Below, one piece after another: positions 46,103 through 57,851 of a DNA stretch of 64,000 bases. Position 1 is the first letter of the stretch. Each line of letters starts with the position of its first letter. The DNA is from Bacteroidota bacterium (GTDB taxonomy: Bacteria; Bacteroidota; Bacteroidia; UKL13-3). The position numbers and the translations under genes were made by a program. The stretch covers positions 64,607 to 128,606 of the forward strand of contig JAZKEF010000002.1 in the NCBI GenBank assembly GCA_040387195.1, written 5' to 3'. The notes below the pieces were generated by a model. It was not told the origin of the DNA. It made no database searches and saw nothing but the letters and a program-made list of their open reading frames with translations.

Positions 46103-49100
46103 ATGAAACAACTCACCCGCTTGTATAACAGGCATTTTATTATCCTGTTACTTACACTATTTTCTTTCCCTACAGTTAAAGCATCACACATTGTGGGGAG
46201 TGATATTACCTATAAATGTACTACTACACCCGGTATATATGAAGTAACCATGATCCTTTTCAGAAATTGCGATGGAGGGGCTTCTTTATGTGCTAATACG
46301 TGCGGGGCTGCCTGCACGCAAACAATGAATATAAAAGGGGCTGATGCAAGTTGTGCTACACAGAGCTTTGGTTCTTTCACGCTGAGCTTGGTTAATGTTC
46401 GGGATATTAATATCAACCTTGATTGTCCATTATCAAAAAACACCTGTACCAATATGAACTGTGTAACTCCGGGATCCTACACCCCGGGTGTTGAGCGTTA
46501 TGAATTCCGTGGATTTGCGAATATAGGATCCACTTCAGGTATTCCGGCTTCTTGTTGCAATGTTCGGTTCTCTTGGGAGCTTTGTTGCCGGAATGGGCAA
46601 ATTGCAACAGGTGCTGCAAATCAAAATTTTTATATAGATGCTGTTATCAACCGTTGTTTATCCATATCACCATGTAACAGTTCTCCTACCATAGAAAATG
46701 ACCCATATATGGTAATTTGTAATGGTGAAAACGCTATATTTAACAATGGTGTTACTGATCCGGATTTTGATTCGTTAACCTTTGCATTTACTCCTGCCTT
46801 ACAAGGTTTCAACAGCTCAGTAACCTACTTGCCTCCATTTTCATTTGCCACTCCAATGCCTTGGTCAGGCGCTCCTACTGCCCCATTTCCGGGTGGCATT
46901 CGTTGCGATACGCTCACCGGGGATATTTCTTTTACTCCTGGTGCTGGAATTGGCCAGAATTTTTATGGAGTAATGGCCATTGAAATCAAACAATGGAAAT
47001 ATATTGGTGGTATCCCAACTGTTATTGGAACTACCCGAAGGGATATACAAATGGTGATTCTGGCAAACTGCCCACCTAATAACCCTCCCAAATTGACGAC
47101 AGTTCCGATCAATACTATTAATCCAACATTACCCAAAACTTCCTGGGAGGTATGTGCAGGCAATCAGCTTTGCTTTACTGTTACAGCTAAGGATACCGAT
47201 TTTATTTTACCGTTGGTTTCGGATACAACCTATCTGAGTTGGAACCAAACCCTCACCAACTTAGGGGCAACATTTTTACCTACCTATATAGCTGCCGATC
47301 GTAAAAAACCAGCTCCTTTAGGTGGACCTCGTGAAGATCAATATCAGTTTTGCTGGACACCCACCATTGGTATGGCAAGAAACAATCCTTATTATTTTAC
47401 AATATCTGCTAAGGATAGTCGCTGTCCGAAGCCCGGTAAAGTAACGCGAAGCTTTTCCGTTAAGGTTTTAGGTGCTGCGGGTACCACCATTACAAAAACC
47501 GGCAAACAATGTGGGCAATGGCAAATAGGTTACGCTTCAGCTCAATCATTTACCACAACACAATTGCAGGTAGCCCAGCAACCTTTTGATTACACTTTTG
47601 CGGGTGGTTCCTCTACCTATTCGAACGTGCAAAACACACCAGATATTTCCTTTACTAAAGCGGGCAAATATTTACTGAAGCTAACCGTTCAGCAAAATGG
47701 ATGTACAACCAGTTTTTACGATACCCTATCGGTTGATACCCCGTTGTCGCTAATAGTTAGAGATACATTTACCTGTTCGGGAAACCCTGTTGTGATTAGT
47801 GCTCTTGCTTTAAAGGGCTCTTCGCCATATCAATATCGCTGGTACAATAGCATCCGCGATACGGCATTAACCCCTTTAAATCATCCCAACTTTTCAAGTC
47901 CCAATTTGAGTGTGGTGCCAACCATAACAAAAAGGTATACAATTCAATTACGTGACAGTTCAGGTTGCCGGAAATATGACTCCCTTTTGGTTAGCATTGC
48001 AGGTAATATCAACAATGTTATTGTTACTCCCGTTAACTGTTTCGGACAACCTTCCGGTTCTCTTAAAATAGAACTAAAGGATACAACCCTTAACTCATTG
48101 TTTCAACTCAACACTGCACCGTTTCAATCAGGCAATATCTTTTCAGGATTAAATGCCGGCACTTATTTAGTAACTGTTAAAGACTCCAATAACTGTACTA
48201 GTATCCTAAACAATGTGACAATACTTCAACCCCCATTATTAAGAGATACATTATCGGCTGTTTCGCCACAAACATGTCTCAATTTTAATAATGGAGTCAT
48301 CAATACACAGGCTGTTGGTGGAACTCCTCCTTATCGTTTTAGCCTTGACAGCACTACCTTTTTCGGAATCGGTTACTTTAACAATCTTATACCCAAAATA
48401 TATACTGTTTACATAAGAGACACCAATAATTGCACAGTAGGTTTTTCAAAAACCGTTGCTTCTGCTGATAGCCTCTATACATTGGTTACTACTAAAAACC
48501 AGACCTGTTATGCAACAGCAAATGGAGAAATAAAATTGAGCCCGAAAGGAGGAAAAACCCCATACACCTATAAACTCGATACCGGATCATATGGCGGTGA
48601 TAGTGTATTTAAAAATCTCAGTGCTAACCTTTATACCCTCTCAGTGAAAGATGCTAACTTATGTGTGATCTCAATCAATGATTCCATTCGTAAGCCCGCT
48701 CTGTTGCAACAAACTGTTCAACTGCATCCTGTAACCTGTTTTGGAGGAGCGGATGGAAAAATGCTCATCAATGTATCAGGTGGTGTAAAACCCTATAGAT
48801 TTAGTTTCGACTCTTTGAATTATGACACAGCAAGCCAACGAATGAACCTGACTGCAAAAAACTATAACCTTAGGATTAAAGACAGCATGGGTTGCATCAA
48901 CAGCGTTCTTCAGGTTATAACTCAACCAACGCAATTTCTAAATATCACTTCTGTTAAAAATGTAAGCTGTTATAATGGTGCGGATGCAAAAATAACAATA
49001 ACCACAATGGGTAACAATCCTCCATACTTTTATCAGGTTGATAGTGGAGCTATATATTCCACTGGGATCATAGATAGCTTGAAAGCCGGTGGACATACGA

Positions 49101-49888
49101 TTAAGATTATGGATACAAAAGGATGTATGCTAGCCTTCCAACAAACCATTTTTCAACCCACTCAACTTATTGGTTCTGTTCTCATCGTTCCTGCATCTTG
49201 TGCAGGAAGGAATAACGCGTCTCTTGAAATTACAGCGGCAAATGCCACTCCTCCGTATACTTATAATCTCGATAGTGGTAGTTTTGGCCTTCAACGCCTT
49301 TTTACAAACCTTGCTGCAAAAAGCTATGTAATTGGAATTAAAGACAGCAATAATTGTAAAACATATATCAACAGCATCATTACAAATCCTGCACCGATAG
49401 TGACGGGTCCGGTTAGCGGATTAAACTCAGTAACAAAAAACTCCATTCATACGTATAGTGTATTAAATCAAGCCGGACTTAATTATCAATGGACTCTTTC
49501 AAAAGGAACTGTAACATCCGGAATCAATACTGCTTCAGCAACCATTCATTGGGATTCAGTTGGAATTGATACGCTGTGGATTTCTGTAAATCGGGATTCT
49601 ACTTGTGGTGATACTGCTTTTCTTTCTGTACAAATAGGAAATGTGAGTTTAGCAGAAATTGCAGCACAAATCGGTTTAACAATCTACCCCAATCCCACCA
49701 AAAATTTCCTCCATATATCTGTTACTACAATACCTGATAAGAAATATATAAACCTCTATGATTTGCAGGGAAAACTGAAACTGCAGCAAGATATAACCTA
49801 CAACCAACAGTTGAACTTACAGGAATTTCCTGCAGGTATGTATTTTCTTGAAATCGGAGACTGGAAGGGTAAAATTATAAAAGAGTAG
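46103..49888 (+). CDS. Large Cys-rich T9SS cargo protein with SprB-like repeats
   Basis: Signal peptide, SHIVGSDITYKC N-terminus, repeated C.G..G.I...GG..PY.Y...L.AG.Y..VKD.N.C units, CTD IYPNPT...GMYFL...KIIKE. Confidence 0.88.
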   Translation: MKQLTRLYNRHFIILLLTLFSFPTVKASHIVGSDITYKCTTTPGIYEVTMILFRNCDGGASLCANTCGAACTQTMNIKGADASCATQSFGSFTLSLVNVRDININLDCPLSKNTCTNMNCVTPGSYTPGVERYEFRGFANIGSTSGIPASCCNVRFSWELCCRNGQIATGAANQNFYIDAVINRCLSISPCNSSPTIENDPYMVICNGENAIFNNGVTDPDFDSLTFAFTPALQGFNSSVTYLPPFSFATPMPWSGAPTAPFPGGIRCDTLTGDISFTPGAGIGQNFYGVMAIEIKQWKYIGGIPTVIGTTRRDIQMVILANCPPNNPPKLTTVPINTINPTLPKTSWEVCAGNQLCFTVTAKDTDFILPLVSDTTYLSWNQTLTNLGATFLPTYIAADRKKPAPLGGPREDQYQFCWTPTIGMARNNPYYFTISAKDSRCPKPGKVTRSFSVKVLGAAGTTITKTGKQCGQWQIGYASAQSFTTTQLQVAQQPFDYTFAGGSSTYSNVQNTPDISFTKAGKYLLKLTVQQNGCTTSFYDTLSVDTPLSLIVRDTFTCSGNPVVISALALKGSSPYQYRWYNSIRDTALTPLNHPNFSSPNLSVVPTITKRYTIQLRDSSGCRKYDSLLVSIAGNINNVIVTPVNCFGQPSGSLKIELKDTTLNSLFQLNTAPFQSGNIFSGLNAGTYLVTVKDSNNCTSILNNVTILQPPLLRDTLSAVSPQTCLNFNNGVINTQAVGGTPPYRFSLDSTTFFGIGYFNNLIPKIYTVYIRDTNNCTVGFSKTVASADSLYTLVTTKNQTCYATANGEIKLSPKGGKTPYTYKLDTGSYGGDSVFKNLSANLYTLSVKDANLCVISINDSIRKPALLQQTVQLHPVTCFGGADGKMLINVSGGVKPYRFSFDSLNYDTASQRMNLTAKNYNLRIKDSMGCINSVLQVITQPTQFLNITSVKNVSCYNGADAKITITTMGNNPPYFYQVDSGAIYSTGIIDSLKAGGHTIKIMDTKGCMLAFQQTIFQPTQLIGSVLIVPASCAGRNNASLEITAANATPPYTYNLDSGSFGLQRLFTNLAAKSYVIGIKDSNNCKTYINSIITNPAPIVTGPVSGLNSVTKNSIHTYSVLNQAGLNYQWTLSKGTVTSGINTASATIHWDSVGIDTLWISVNRDSTCGDTAFLSVQIGNVSLAEIAAQIGLTIYPNPTKNFLHISVTTIPDKKYINLYDLQGKLKLQQDITYNQQLNLQEFPAGMYFLEIGDWKGKIIKE

Positions 49889-49942
49889 TAACTGAATAAA
49901 ATAAACAACAATCAGTGATACTGAATCATAACACTGCTAAAC

Positions 49943-50509
49943 ATGAATAAATCTTTTCTGTTAATCGTAACTCTTCTTATTATACTTGCCGTTTCCTTTG
50001 TATCGTGCAAAAAAAACACGCCTGAAAAACCTGTAGAAGAATTTAAACGATATATTGTTGTGAAGCTGGGAACACATGTTGATACAGCTTTTTTCCATGA
50101 CATTAACAGATATACAAAGCCTCACTGTATGAAGAATTTTGTCGATACATTTAATCATGAGTTTTCATACTCTTTAGCCATACGAGATACCGGTAGATTA
50201 AGTATCATATTTAAAAAACCAATTGCAACTGGAACCTATTCCATCAGTTATTTAAGTATGAAACCGGATAACTACCACTTCTATTATTCCATTACAGACT
50301 CCTCAAGGATTAAAACTCTTTTTGTCTACCTGGTTGCCTCCGGCATATTAACTATTAGCAATATTGAACCATGTGAAATCAACCTAGTTAATTATCAAAG
50401 TCACTATGCGATAACAGGGGTCTGGCAAGGCAATCTGCAGGATAATTCTACCTTAAAGATTGTAAGCGGCTCAATCATCTTTCATAATTACCCGTTAGAT
50501 AATTTGTAA
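49943..50509 (+). CDS. Hypothetical lipoprotein
   Basis: Lipobox FVSC followed by KKNT; AT-rich. Confidence 0.65.
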   Translation: MNKSFLLIVTLLIILAVSFVSCKKNTPEKPVEEFKRYIVVKLGTHVDTAFFHDINRYTKPHCMKNFVDTFNHEFSYSLAIRDTGRLSIIFKKPIATGTYSISYLSMKPDNYHFYYSITDSSRIKTLFVYLVASGILTISNIEPCEINLVNYQSHYAITGVWQGNLQDNSTLKIVSGSIIFHNYPLDNL

Positions 50510-50521
50510 CATCAAGAGCAT

Positions 50522-50555
50522 AAAAAAACCCGGCATCACCGGGTCTTCTGTTTTT
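50522..50555. terminator. Terminator between convergent genes
   Basis: aaaaaa-acccgg-catca-ccgggt-cttctgttttt. Confidence 0.75.
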
Positions 50556-50571
50556 AATATCTTATGTCATC

Positions 50572-51444
50572 TTATTGCCCTTCAACTTTCGGTTTCGGCA
50601 TATCAGCCAGCAACCTCAACAGTTGACTCAATTTACTTTTCAGTTCGGTACGTGGTGTAATGAAATCCACAAATCCATGCTCGAGCAAAAATTCAGAACT
50701 CTGGAATCCTTTCGGCAAATCTTTACCGATTGTTTCGCGGATAACACGTGGTCCGGCAAAACCAATTAAGGCTTCAGGCTCGGCAATATTAAAATCACCC
50801 AGCATTGCGAAAGATGCCGTAACACCACCTGTTGTAGGATCGGTTAATAGTGAAATGTAGGGAACACCCTCCTTGGCCAGCAATGCAAGTTTAGCAGATG
50901 TTTTAGCCATTTGCATCAATGAGAATGCAGCTTCCATCATCCGCGCCCCACCCGATTTGGAAACAACCATAACCGGAATCCTGTTCACGCGACCATAATC
51001 AATGGCACGTGCAATTTTTTCTCCCATCACAGAACCCATGGATCCTCCGATGAAGTTAAAATCCATACATGCCACAACCAGTGGCATACTATCTACTTTA
51101 CCTGTAGCTACACGCATGGCATCCGTTAATCCGGATTTCTTCTGCGACTCTGCCAACCTCGATTTATAATCTTTGGTATCGGTAAAGGTAAGCGGATCGG
51201 TAGGTCTGATATTGGCAAACAACTCTTCGAATTGCCTGTCGTCAAACAGAATATTAAAATACTCTATCGACCCTACCTTATCATGGTAATTGCAACTCGG
51301 ACACACAAAACTGTTCGCCTCGTGATCGCTTGCCAGCAATGCTTTTTTGCAACGCGGACATTTATGCCACAACCCGTCAGGTACCGATTTTTTATCTTCG
51401 GTACTGGTAGTAATACCTTCTTTTACACGTTTAAACCAACTCAT
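50572..51444 (-). CDS. accD: Acetyl-CoA carboxylase carboxyltransferase beta subunit
   Basis: GLWHKCPRC...CPSC zinc finger, [27 protein letters not shown]. Confidence 0.98.
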   Translation of the reverse strand: MSWFKRVKEGITTSTEDKKSVPDGLWHKCPRCKKALLASDHEANSFVCPSCNYHDKVGSIEYFNILFDDRQFEELFANIRPTDPLTFTDTKDYKSRLAESQKKSGLTDAMRVATGKVDSMPLVVACMDFNFIGGSMGSVMGEKIARAIDYGRVNRIPVMVVSKSGGARMMEAAFSLMQMAKTSAKLALLAKEGVPYISLLTDPTTGGVTASFAMLGDFNIAEPEALIGFAGPRVIRETIGKDLPKGFQSSEFLLEHGFVDFITPRTELKSKLSQLLRLLADMPKPKVEGQ

Positions 51445-51450
51445 TTTTTT

Positions 51451-51517
51451 AGCTATTAGCTGTTGGCTTTTAGCTCTTGGGCATCAGCAAAACGCCAACA
51501 GCCAACAGCCAAAGGCT
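51451..51517. repeat. Inverted heptamer repeat arrays
   Basis: gctatta gctgttg gctttta gctcttg facing cgccaac agccaac agccaaa. Confidence 0.7.
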
Positions 51518-51525
51518 TACTTTCT

Positions 51526-52578
51526 TTATGCAATCGTTACTGAATTGTCGAGGTATACATCCTGAATAGCGTTCAATAATGCTACTCCCTCAGTCATTGG
51601 TTTCTGGAATGCTTTACGGCCCGAGATCAATCCTTGTCCACCGGCACGTTTGTTAATTACCGCTGTAGTTACTGCTTCAGCCATATCCGTAGCACCTTTA
51701 GACTCTCCGCCTGAGTTAATCAACCCCTGACGACCCATATAGCAGTTAGCGATTTGGTAGCGGGTTAAGTCAATCGGGTGATTGGATGAAAGCTCAGTGT
51801 ATACTTTATTATGTGTTTTACCGAAGTTCAACGCAGTGTATCCACCGTTATTGGTAGGTAATTTTTGTTTGATGATATCCGCCTGGATGGTAACACCCAA
51901 ATGGTTTGCCTGACCGGTTAAGTCGGCTGAAGTATGGTAATCAACACCATCTTTTTTGAAGGCATTGTTACGGGTGTAGCACCATAGAATAGTAGCCATA
52001 CCCAATTCGTGTGCTCTTTCAAAAGCAGCAGCAACTTCCTGGATCTGGCGTCCGCTTTCTTCCGAACCGAAGTATATGGTAGCACCTACCGCTGTAGCGC
52101 CCATATTCCATGCTTCTTCAACCGAACCGAACATGATCTGGTCAAATTTATTAGGGTAACTCAAAAACTCGTTGTGGTTCAACTTTACGATAAACGGAAT
52201 TTTGTGGGCATATTTACGGGCAACCGAAGCTAATACTCCATAAGTTGAAGCAACAGCGTTACATCCGCCTTCCATGGCCAGTTTAACGATATTTTCAGGA
52301 TCGAAGTAAATAGGATTTGGAGCGAAAGACGCACCTGCACTATGCTCAATACCTTGATCTACAGGCAAAATAGAAACATATCCCGTTCCGCCCAAACGTC
52401 CGTGGCTGTATAAGTCGGTAAGACTGCGCAACACTTGTGGATTACGGTTGGTGGGTAAGAAAATATCATTTACAAAATTTGGACCCGGAAGGTGTAAATT
52501 AGATTTGCTAATTGTTTTACTTTCGTGGTTAAGTAAATAATCGGCCTGATCGCCTAATAGTTCAGCTATTTTAGTCAT
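51526..52578 (-). CDS. fbaB: Class I fructose-bisphosphate aldolase
   Basis: [40 protein letters not shown]; start at MTKIAELLG. Confidence 0.95.
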   Translation of the reverse strand: MTKIAELLGDQADYLLNHESKTISKSNLHLPGPNFVNDIFLPTNRNPQVLRSLTDLYSHGRLGGTGYVSILPVDQGIEHSAGASFAPNPIYFDPENIVKLAMEGGCNAVASTYGVLASVARKYAHKIPFIVKLNHNEFLSYPNKFDQIMFGSVEEAWNMGATAVGATIYFGSEESGRQIQEVAAAFERAHELGMATILWCYTRNNAFKKDGVDYHTSADLTGQANHLGVTIQADIIKQKLPTNNGGYTALNFGKTHNKVYTELSSNHPIDLTRYQIANCYMGRQGLINSGGESKGATDMAEAVTTAVINKRAGGQGLISGRKAFQKPMTEGVALLNAIQDVYLDNSVTIA

Positions 52579-52671
52579 GTAGATTGAGTATTTAAAGACT
52601 GCAAACTTAACCATTTTTTTGAAAGTTGAAACGTGGATTTTAAACCTGTAAACCAATAGATTAACAATAAG

Positions 52672-53085
52672 ATGATAACCGTAGAACGCATACAATCAGG
52701 TGATTTGCTCGCAAAAGCCCACCACATCAGAAAAGTTGTTTTTGTTGTTGAACAAAACTGCCCTGAGGATATTGAATGGGAATTTGAGGACGAATCGACC
52801 CATTATATTGCCCTTGAAAATGGAGAGGCCGTGGGCACTGCTCGCTGGCGTAAAACCGCAAATGGGATTAAATTTGAACGTTTTGCCGTTTTGAAAGAAC
52901 ACCGTAACAAAGAAGTTGGCAAAGCATTATTGCTACGATTAATAGCAGATACAAATGATTTCGGGCAAAAAAGATACCTGCATGCGCAATTGACTGCCAA
53001 GAACTTTTACCTCCGCAATGGCTTCCAACCTGAAGGTGAACATTTTTGGGAAGCCGACATTGAACATGTGAAAATGAGCATATAA
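52672..53085 (+). CDS. GNAT acetyltransferase (YjcF/ElaA-like)
   Basis: [27 protein letters not shown]...FY...[10 protein letters not shown]. Confidence 0.88.
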   Translation: MITVERIQSGDLLAKAHHIRKVVFVVEQNCPEDIEWEFEDESTHYIALENGEAVGTARWRKTANGIKFERFAVLKEHRNKEVGKALLLRLIADTNDFGQKRYLHAQLTAKNFYLRNGFQPEGEHFWEADIEHVKMSI

Positions 53086-53214
53086 AAGTTGCGGGTTGAT
53101 GATTGGAATATTAATTTTTTATTGGATTGCCGCATTTTTGCTTCGATGACCTTACTTTGTTGTAATGAAACCCGCAATCCCCGTTTCCAAATCAGCGCAC
53201 AATTACCTCCACTC

Positions 53215-53730
53215 ATGAAACAACCGGAATATGTAGTATTGGTAGATGCCGACAATAACGAAATAGGCATCATGGAAAAACAGGAGGCACATGAAAAGGC
53301 CGTGTTGCACAGGGCGTTTTCCCTTTTTATTTTTAATACAAAAGGAGAATTGATACTGCAACAAAGAGCACACAACAAATACCACAGTGGTGGGCTTTGG
53401 ACCAATACCTGTTGCAGTCATCCGCGTGCCAGAGAAACTACACTTGCCGCAGCCCATAGAAGATTAAGTGAAGAAATGGGATTTGATTGTGAACTCTCCG
53501 AACGTTTCAGTTTTGTGTACCAAACACCTTTTGATAATGGGTTGAGTGAACATGAACTCGATTTTGTATATACGGGAACCTTTGATTCCATTCCACAAAT
53601 CAATTCCTTAGAAGTTGCCGCGTATCGCTGGATTACACTTGATAACCTGATTAAAGAAGTGCAGGAACATCCTGGACATTTCACTTCTTGGTTTCAGATT
53701 ATTTTGAAAGAGTACCTGGAGCACCTATAG
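53215..53730 (+). CDS. idi: Isopentenyl-diphosphate delta-isomerase type 1
   Basis: LHRAFSLFIF, WTNTCCSHP, EHE, FTSWF; start at MKQPEYVVLVD. Confidence 0.95.
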   Translation: MKQPEYVVLVDADNNEIGIMEKQEAHEKAVLHRAFSLFIFNTKGELILQQRAHNKYHSGGLWTNTCCSHPRARETTLAAAHRRLSEEMGFDCELSERFSFVYQTPFDNGLSEHELDFVYTGTFDSIPQINSLEVAAYRWITLDNLIKEVQEHPGHFTSWFQIILKEYLEHL

Positions 53731-53740
53731 TTTAAGGTAT

Positions 53741-54793
53741 TTATTTACCTAAAATTTGGATATACCGCTCCAGTGCCTGCAACTCATACACTGCAACCAA
53801 TTCAATAAAATCTGATTTGTTTCCTGTTGTTTGTGCTTTTTCCAATGCGTTGTAATAACTCATTCTGCTTTTTGCATCACCCTTAATATTTGCAATCACA
53901 TATCCGTGCTTGAGTAAAATTAAATTCATTACCAACCGAGACGTACGCCCGTTACCATCAATAAACGGGTGAATCGTTACCAACCTCTCGTGCATTTCAG
54001 CAGCAAGCATAACGGGGTGCAAATTTTTCTTTCCCATATTATACCAATAGTAATAATCCTCCATTTGCGGAGCCACCAAATAGGGTGAAGGTGGAGTGAA
54101 GGTGCTTCCTTTAATCATCACCTGAACATTTCTGTATTTACCCGCGTTCGGTTGGTCAATGCCTCTTAATATTAGATTATGAATGGCTAATACTTCACGC
54201 TCGTTAATCTCTGTGCTTTTATCAATTAAATGTTTCACATATGCAATAGCCTCCTTATGATTGATTGCTTCCAGGTGCTCGCGCATACTTTTTCCACTGA
54301 TGGTTAACCCTTCATTCACCACCAAATCAGTTTCCTTCAGTGTAAGCGTATTGCCCTCAATCCGATTGCTCTCAAAGGTATATTCTAACTCCAAAGCCTG
54401 AGCAATCCGATAACTATCAAATTGACGCATTTTGTCAAGCTTCTTCTTCAATTTGTCAATATCAGTAAGTATCGATTTCAGCGCTTTCGACAGCACAATT
54501 TTTGTCGGTTTTGCGTTATACTTTATTTCTTCTTCGGCCAGCATCATCGCTCTTAATGCCAACTCGCTTTCTTCTCTCACCTCAAACAAAATTCTCTCCT
54601 TGAGCCATAATACCGTTAGTTCTGCTAAATCAATATCCAATACCATGGCCAATTTTGCCAATTGTTCCCTGGTTGGTTTTCGATTTCCACTCTCAAACTT
54701 ACTAATCAAAGCTTGATCAATACCCGACTGCTGTGCTACTTCGCGTAACATGAGTCCTCTTTTTTCCCTTGTTGATTTAAGCAGTGTTTTCAC
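53741..54793 (-). CDS. XRE-HTH / Fic fusion protein
   Basis: HTH LREVAQQSGIDQALISKFESGNRKP; inhibitory motif SNRIEGN; catalytic HPFIDGNGRTSR; GTG start 54793. Confidence 0.93.
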   Translation of the reverse strand: MKTLLKSTREKRGLMLREVAQQSGIDQALISKFESGNRKPTREQLAKLAMVLDIDLAELTVLWLKERILFEVREESELALRAMMLAEEEIKYNAKPTKIVLSKALKSILTDIDKLKKKLDKMRQFDSYRIAQALELEYTFESNRIEGNTLTLKETDLVVNEGLTISGKSMREHLEAINHKEAIAYVKHLIDKSTEINEREVLAIHNLILRGIDQPNAGKYRNVQVMIKGSTFTPPSPYLVAPQMEDYYYWYNMGKKNLHPVMLAAEMHERLVTIHPFIDGNGRTSRLVMNLILLKHGYVIANIKGDAKSRMSYYNALEKAQTTGNKSDFIELVAVYELQALERYIQILGK

Positions 54794-54810
54794 GATTGAA
54801 CAATAATGAC

Positions 54811-54845
54811 ATGACAAATTTAGTCATTTTTTTTAGATTCACAAA
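54811..54845 (-). promoter_or_regulatory. Promoter with overlapping palindromic operator for XRE-Fic
   Basis: TTTG-N19-TAAATTTG; the -7 box lies inside ATGAC-N7-GTCAT. Confidence 0.7.
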
Positions 54846-54874
54846 TCCTTCCGTCCAAACCGGACTTTCCTTTT

Positions 54875-57751
54875 TTATACTAATCCCAGTTCTTTTTTTA
54901 GGAATCTTCCCGTATGACTTTTTTTCTCCTTACAAATTTCTTCAGGAGTTCCTTCGCATAATACTTCGCCACCGTATTTACCGCCTTCGGGGCCGATATC
55001 AATAACATGATCGGCAACTTTCACCATGTCTAAATTGTGTTCGATGACCAACACTGTATTCCCCTTGTCGACTAGTTTTTGCAGCACATCCAACAATACG
55101 CGTACATCTTCAAAATGCAATCCTGTGGTGGGTTCATCCAAAATATAAAATGTATTTCCTGTGTCGCGCTTGCTGAGTTCGGTTGCCAGTTTCACACGCT
55201 GCGCTTCTCCACCGCTTAGGGTAGTGCTTTGTTGGCCAAGTGTAATATATCCAAGACCCACATCATTCAATGCTTCAATTTTGCGAAGAATCTGAGGTGT
55301 GTGTTCAAAAAACTTCACGGCCTCTTCAATGCTCATATCAAGTACATCATTAATAGATTTTCCCTTGAACCGTACTTCCAGTGTTTCACGGTTGTATCGT
55401 TTACCATTGCAGGTTTCACATTTTACATATACATCAGGCAAAAAATTCATTTCAATGGTGCGCATACCTGCTCCCTGACAAGTTTCGCAACGACCACCTT
55501 TAACGTTGAAAGAAAAACGTCCTGGTTTATACCCGCGAATTTTAGCCTCCGGTAAGTTGGCATACAAGTCGCGGATATTACCGAATACTTCCACATAAGT
55601 GGCAGGATTACTACGTGGCGTGCGGCCTATCGGACTTTGATCAATATCAATTACTTTATCAACATGCTCCAATCCTTCCACCTTTTTGTACGCTAAAGGT
55701 TTTTGATGGGAACCATAAAAATGTTGTCTTAGTATTGGATATAGTGTTTCATTGATAAGTGATGATTTTCCACTGCCACTCACTCCTGTAACTGCAATTA
55801 ATTTTCCCAGTGGAAATTCTATGTTCAGGTTTTTGAGGTTATTGCCGGTTGCGCCTTTTAAAACCAACTTCTTTCCATTTCCTTTTCTGCGCTTTTTCGG
55901 AAGGCTAATTTCTTTGGTGCCGTTTAAATATTGTGCAGTGGTTGAGTTTGATTTCATAATATCCGCCAGTGTACCCTGCGCGGCTATGTGTCCGCCATGC
56001 ACACCCGCACCATAACCGATGTCTAAAATAAAATCGCTTTCCGCCATCATGTCCTTGTCGTGTTCCACTACAATCACACTATTGCCTACATCGCGCAATT
56101 CTTTTAGTGAATTAATCAGACGGTTATTATCACGCTGGTGCAGCCCGATACTCGGTTCATCCAAAATATACAATACCCCCACCAGTTGCGAACCGATTTG
56201 TGTTGCCAAGCGAATACGTTGTGCTTCGCCTCCGCTTAAGGTGCGTGCGGGTGAGTTCAATGTGAGATAATCAATTCCAACTCCTATCAGAAACTTTATC
56301 CGGCTTCTTATTTCCTTTAAAATTTCGTTTGCAATAATCGTTTGCTTCGAGTCGAGATGCTTGTCAATTTCCTTCTCAAACCAGTTACCCAAAGCTGTAA
56401 TTTCCAAAGCAGCTAGGTCGGCAATATTTTTGTCTCCGATTTTATAATGCAGTGATTCTTTTTTCAATCTTGCACCACCGCAATCAGGACAGGCATCAAT
56501 GGTCATAAACTCTTCCGCCCACCGCACAACAGAATCTGAACTTTTTTCATGGTAATGGCGGGTAATAAACGGAATGAGGCCTTCCCAAGTAGAGTTGAAG
56601 TTTTGCGTGTAGCCGCTGTTATACTGGTATGGAATGACCAATGGTTCATCACTTCCGTGCAAAATAACATCTAGTCCTTCCCGGCTGATTTTTTCCATTG
56701 GGTCGGCAAAACTGAACTTATGTCGTTTGGCAATTTCTCTTAGTTGCAGGAATGTCCAGTTCTCGCGCGGTTCACCTAGCGGAGCAATTGCACCTTTGTT
56801 AATACTTAGTTTTTTATTGGGAATAATATTGGCTTCATCCAACATGCTCACTACTCCCAATCCATCGCATTTAGGGCAGGCACCATAGGGTGAATTGAAC
56901 GAGAATGTATTGGGTTGCGGTTCATCATAACTGATCCCGCTTTTGGGATCCATTAAAAATTTGCTGAAATGAAATGCTTTCTCGTGCTTCCCTTCTCCTT
57001 CAATTAGTACAAGAGTGCCTTTACCCATCTTTAAAGCACTCTTCACACTTTCGCCAATCCTGAAACGGGCATCCTTTTTGGGTTCTATCCGGTCAATCAA
57101 CACTTCGATATCATGCACCTTGTAACGATCTGCTTGCATTTTGGGAGCAATGTCCTTAATCTCTCCATCCAGCCTAACCTTGGTATAACCTTGCTTTCGG
57201 ATATGTTCAAACAACTCCCTGTAATGACCTTTCCGGCCTTTTACCAAAGGAGCCAAAATTGCTATTTTTTTGTTTTCAAATTGCTGAATAATGGTGCCCA
57301 CAATCTGTTCCTCGGTCATCTTCACCATCTTTTCACCACTTTCATAACTGTATGCATCGGCAGCGCGGGCATATAACAAACGCATGAAGTCATAAATTTC
57401 GGTAATGGTTCCAACAGTGGAGCGCGGATTTTTATTTACCGTTTTTTGTTCGATGGAAATTACCGGTGAAAGGCCATTGATTTTATCTACATCCGGCCGT
57501 TCCATATTACCTATAAACTGGCGGGCATAAGCAGAAAAACTCTCCATATACCTGCGCTGTCCTTCTGCAAAAATGGTATCGAAAGCCAGCGATGATTTTC
57601 CGCTACCACTCAGTCCGGTAATAGTAACAAGCTTATTGCGCGGAATACGGACATCTATATTTTTGAGGTTGTGCTCACGTGCACCCAAAATTTCTATATA
57701 CTCTTCGTCTTGTACAGACGTTGCCTTCTTTTTGATAACTGTTTTAGCCAT
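54875..57751 (-). CDS. uvrA: Excinuclease ABC subunit A
   Basis: [18 protein letters not shown], zinc fingers, two [17 protein letters not shown]. Confidence 0.99.
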   Translation of the reverse strand: MAKTVIKKKATSVQDEEYIEILGAREHNLKNIDVRIPRNKLVTITGLSGSGKSSLAFDTIFAEGQRRYMESFSAYARQFIGNMERPDVDKINGLSPVISIEQKTVNKNPRSTVGTITEIYDFMRLLYARAADAYSYESGEKMVKMTEEQIVGTIIQQFENKKIAILAPLVKGRKGHYRELFEHIRKQGYTKVRLDGEIKDIAPKMQADRYKVHDIEVLIDRIEPKKDARFRIGESVKSALKMGKGTLVLIEGEGKHEKAFHFSKFLMDPKSGISYDEPQPNTFSFNSPYGACPKCDGLGVVSMLDEANIIPNKKLSINKGAIAPLGEPRENWTFLQLREIAKRHKFSFADPMEKISREGLDVILHGSDEPLVIPYQYNSGYTQNFNSTWEGLIPFITRHYHEKSSDSVVRWAEEFMTIDACPDCGGARLKKESLHYKIGDKNIADLAALEITALGNWFEKEIDKHLDSKQTIIANEILKEIRSRIKFLIGVGIDYLTLNSPARTLSGGEAQRIRLATQIGSQLVGVLYILDEPSIGLHQRDNNRLINSLKELRDVGNSVIVVEHDKDMMAESDFILDIGYGAGVHGGHIAAQGTLADIMKSNSTTAQYLNGTKEISLPKKRRKGNGKKLVLKGATGNNLKNLNIEFPLGKLIAVTGVSGSGKSSLINETLYPILRQHFYGSHQKPLAYKKVEGLEHVDKVIDIDQSPIGRTPRSNPATYVEVFGNIRDLYANLPEAKIRGYKPGRFSFNVKGGRCETCQGAGMRTIEMNFLPDVYVKCETCNGKRYNRETLEVRFKGKSINDVLDMSIEEAVKFFEHTPQILRKIEALNDVGLGYITLGQQSTTLSGGEAQRVKLATELSKRDTGNTFYILDEPTTGLHFEDVRVLLDVLQKLVDKGNTVLVIEHNLDMVKVADHVIDIGPEGGKYGGEVLCEGTPEEICKEKKSHTGRFLKKELGLV

Positions 57752-57851
57752 TGCTTAATGCTGCCGGGACCATTTCCGGGCAATTCTTTTCTTATTGGTA
57801 ACTTGTAATTTAGAACGGTAAATATAGGTGTATTGTTTTGCTAAATGCTGT

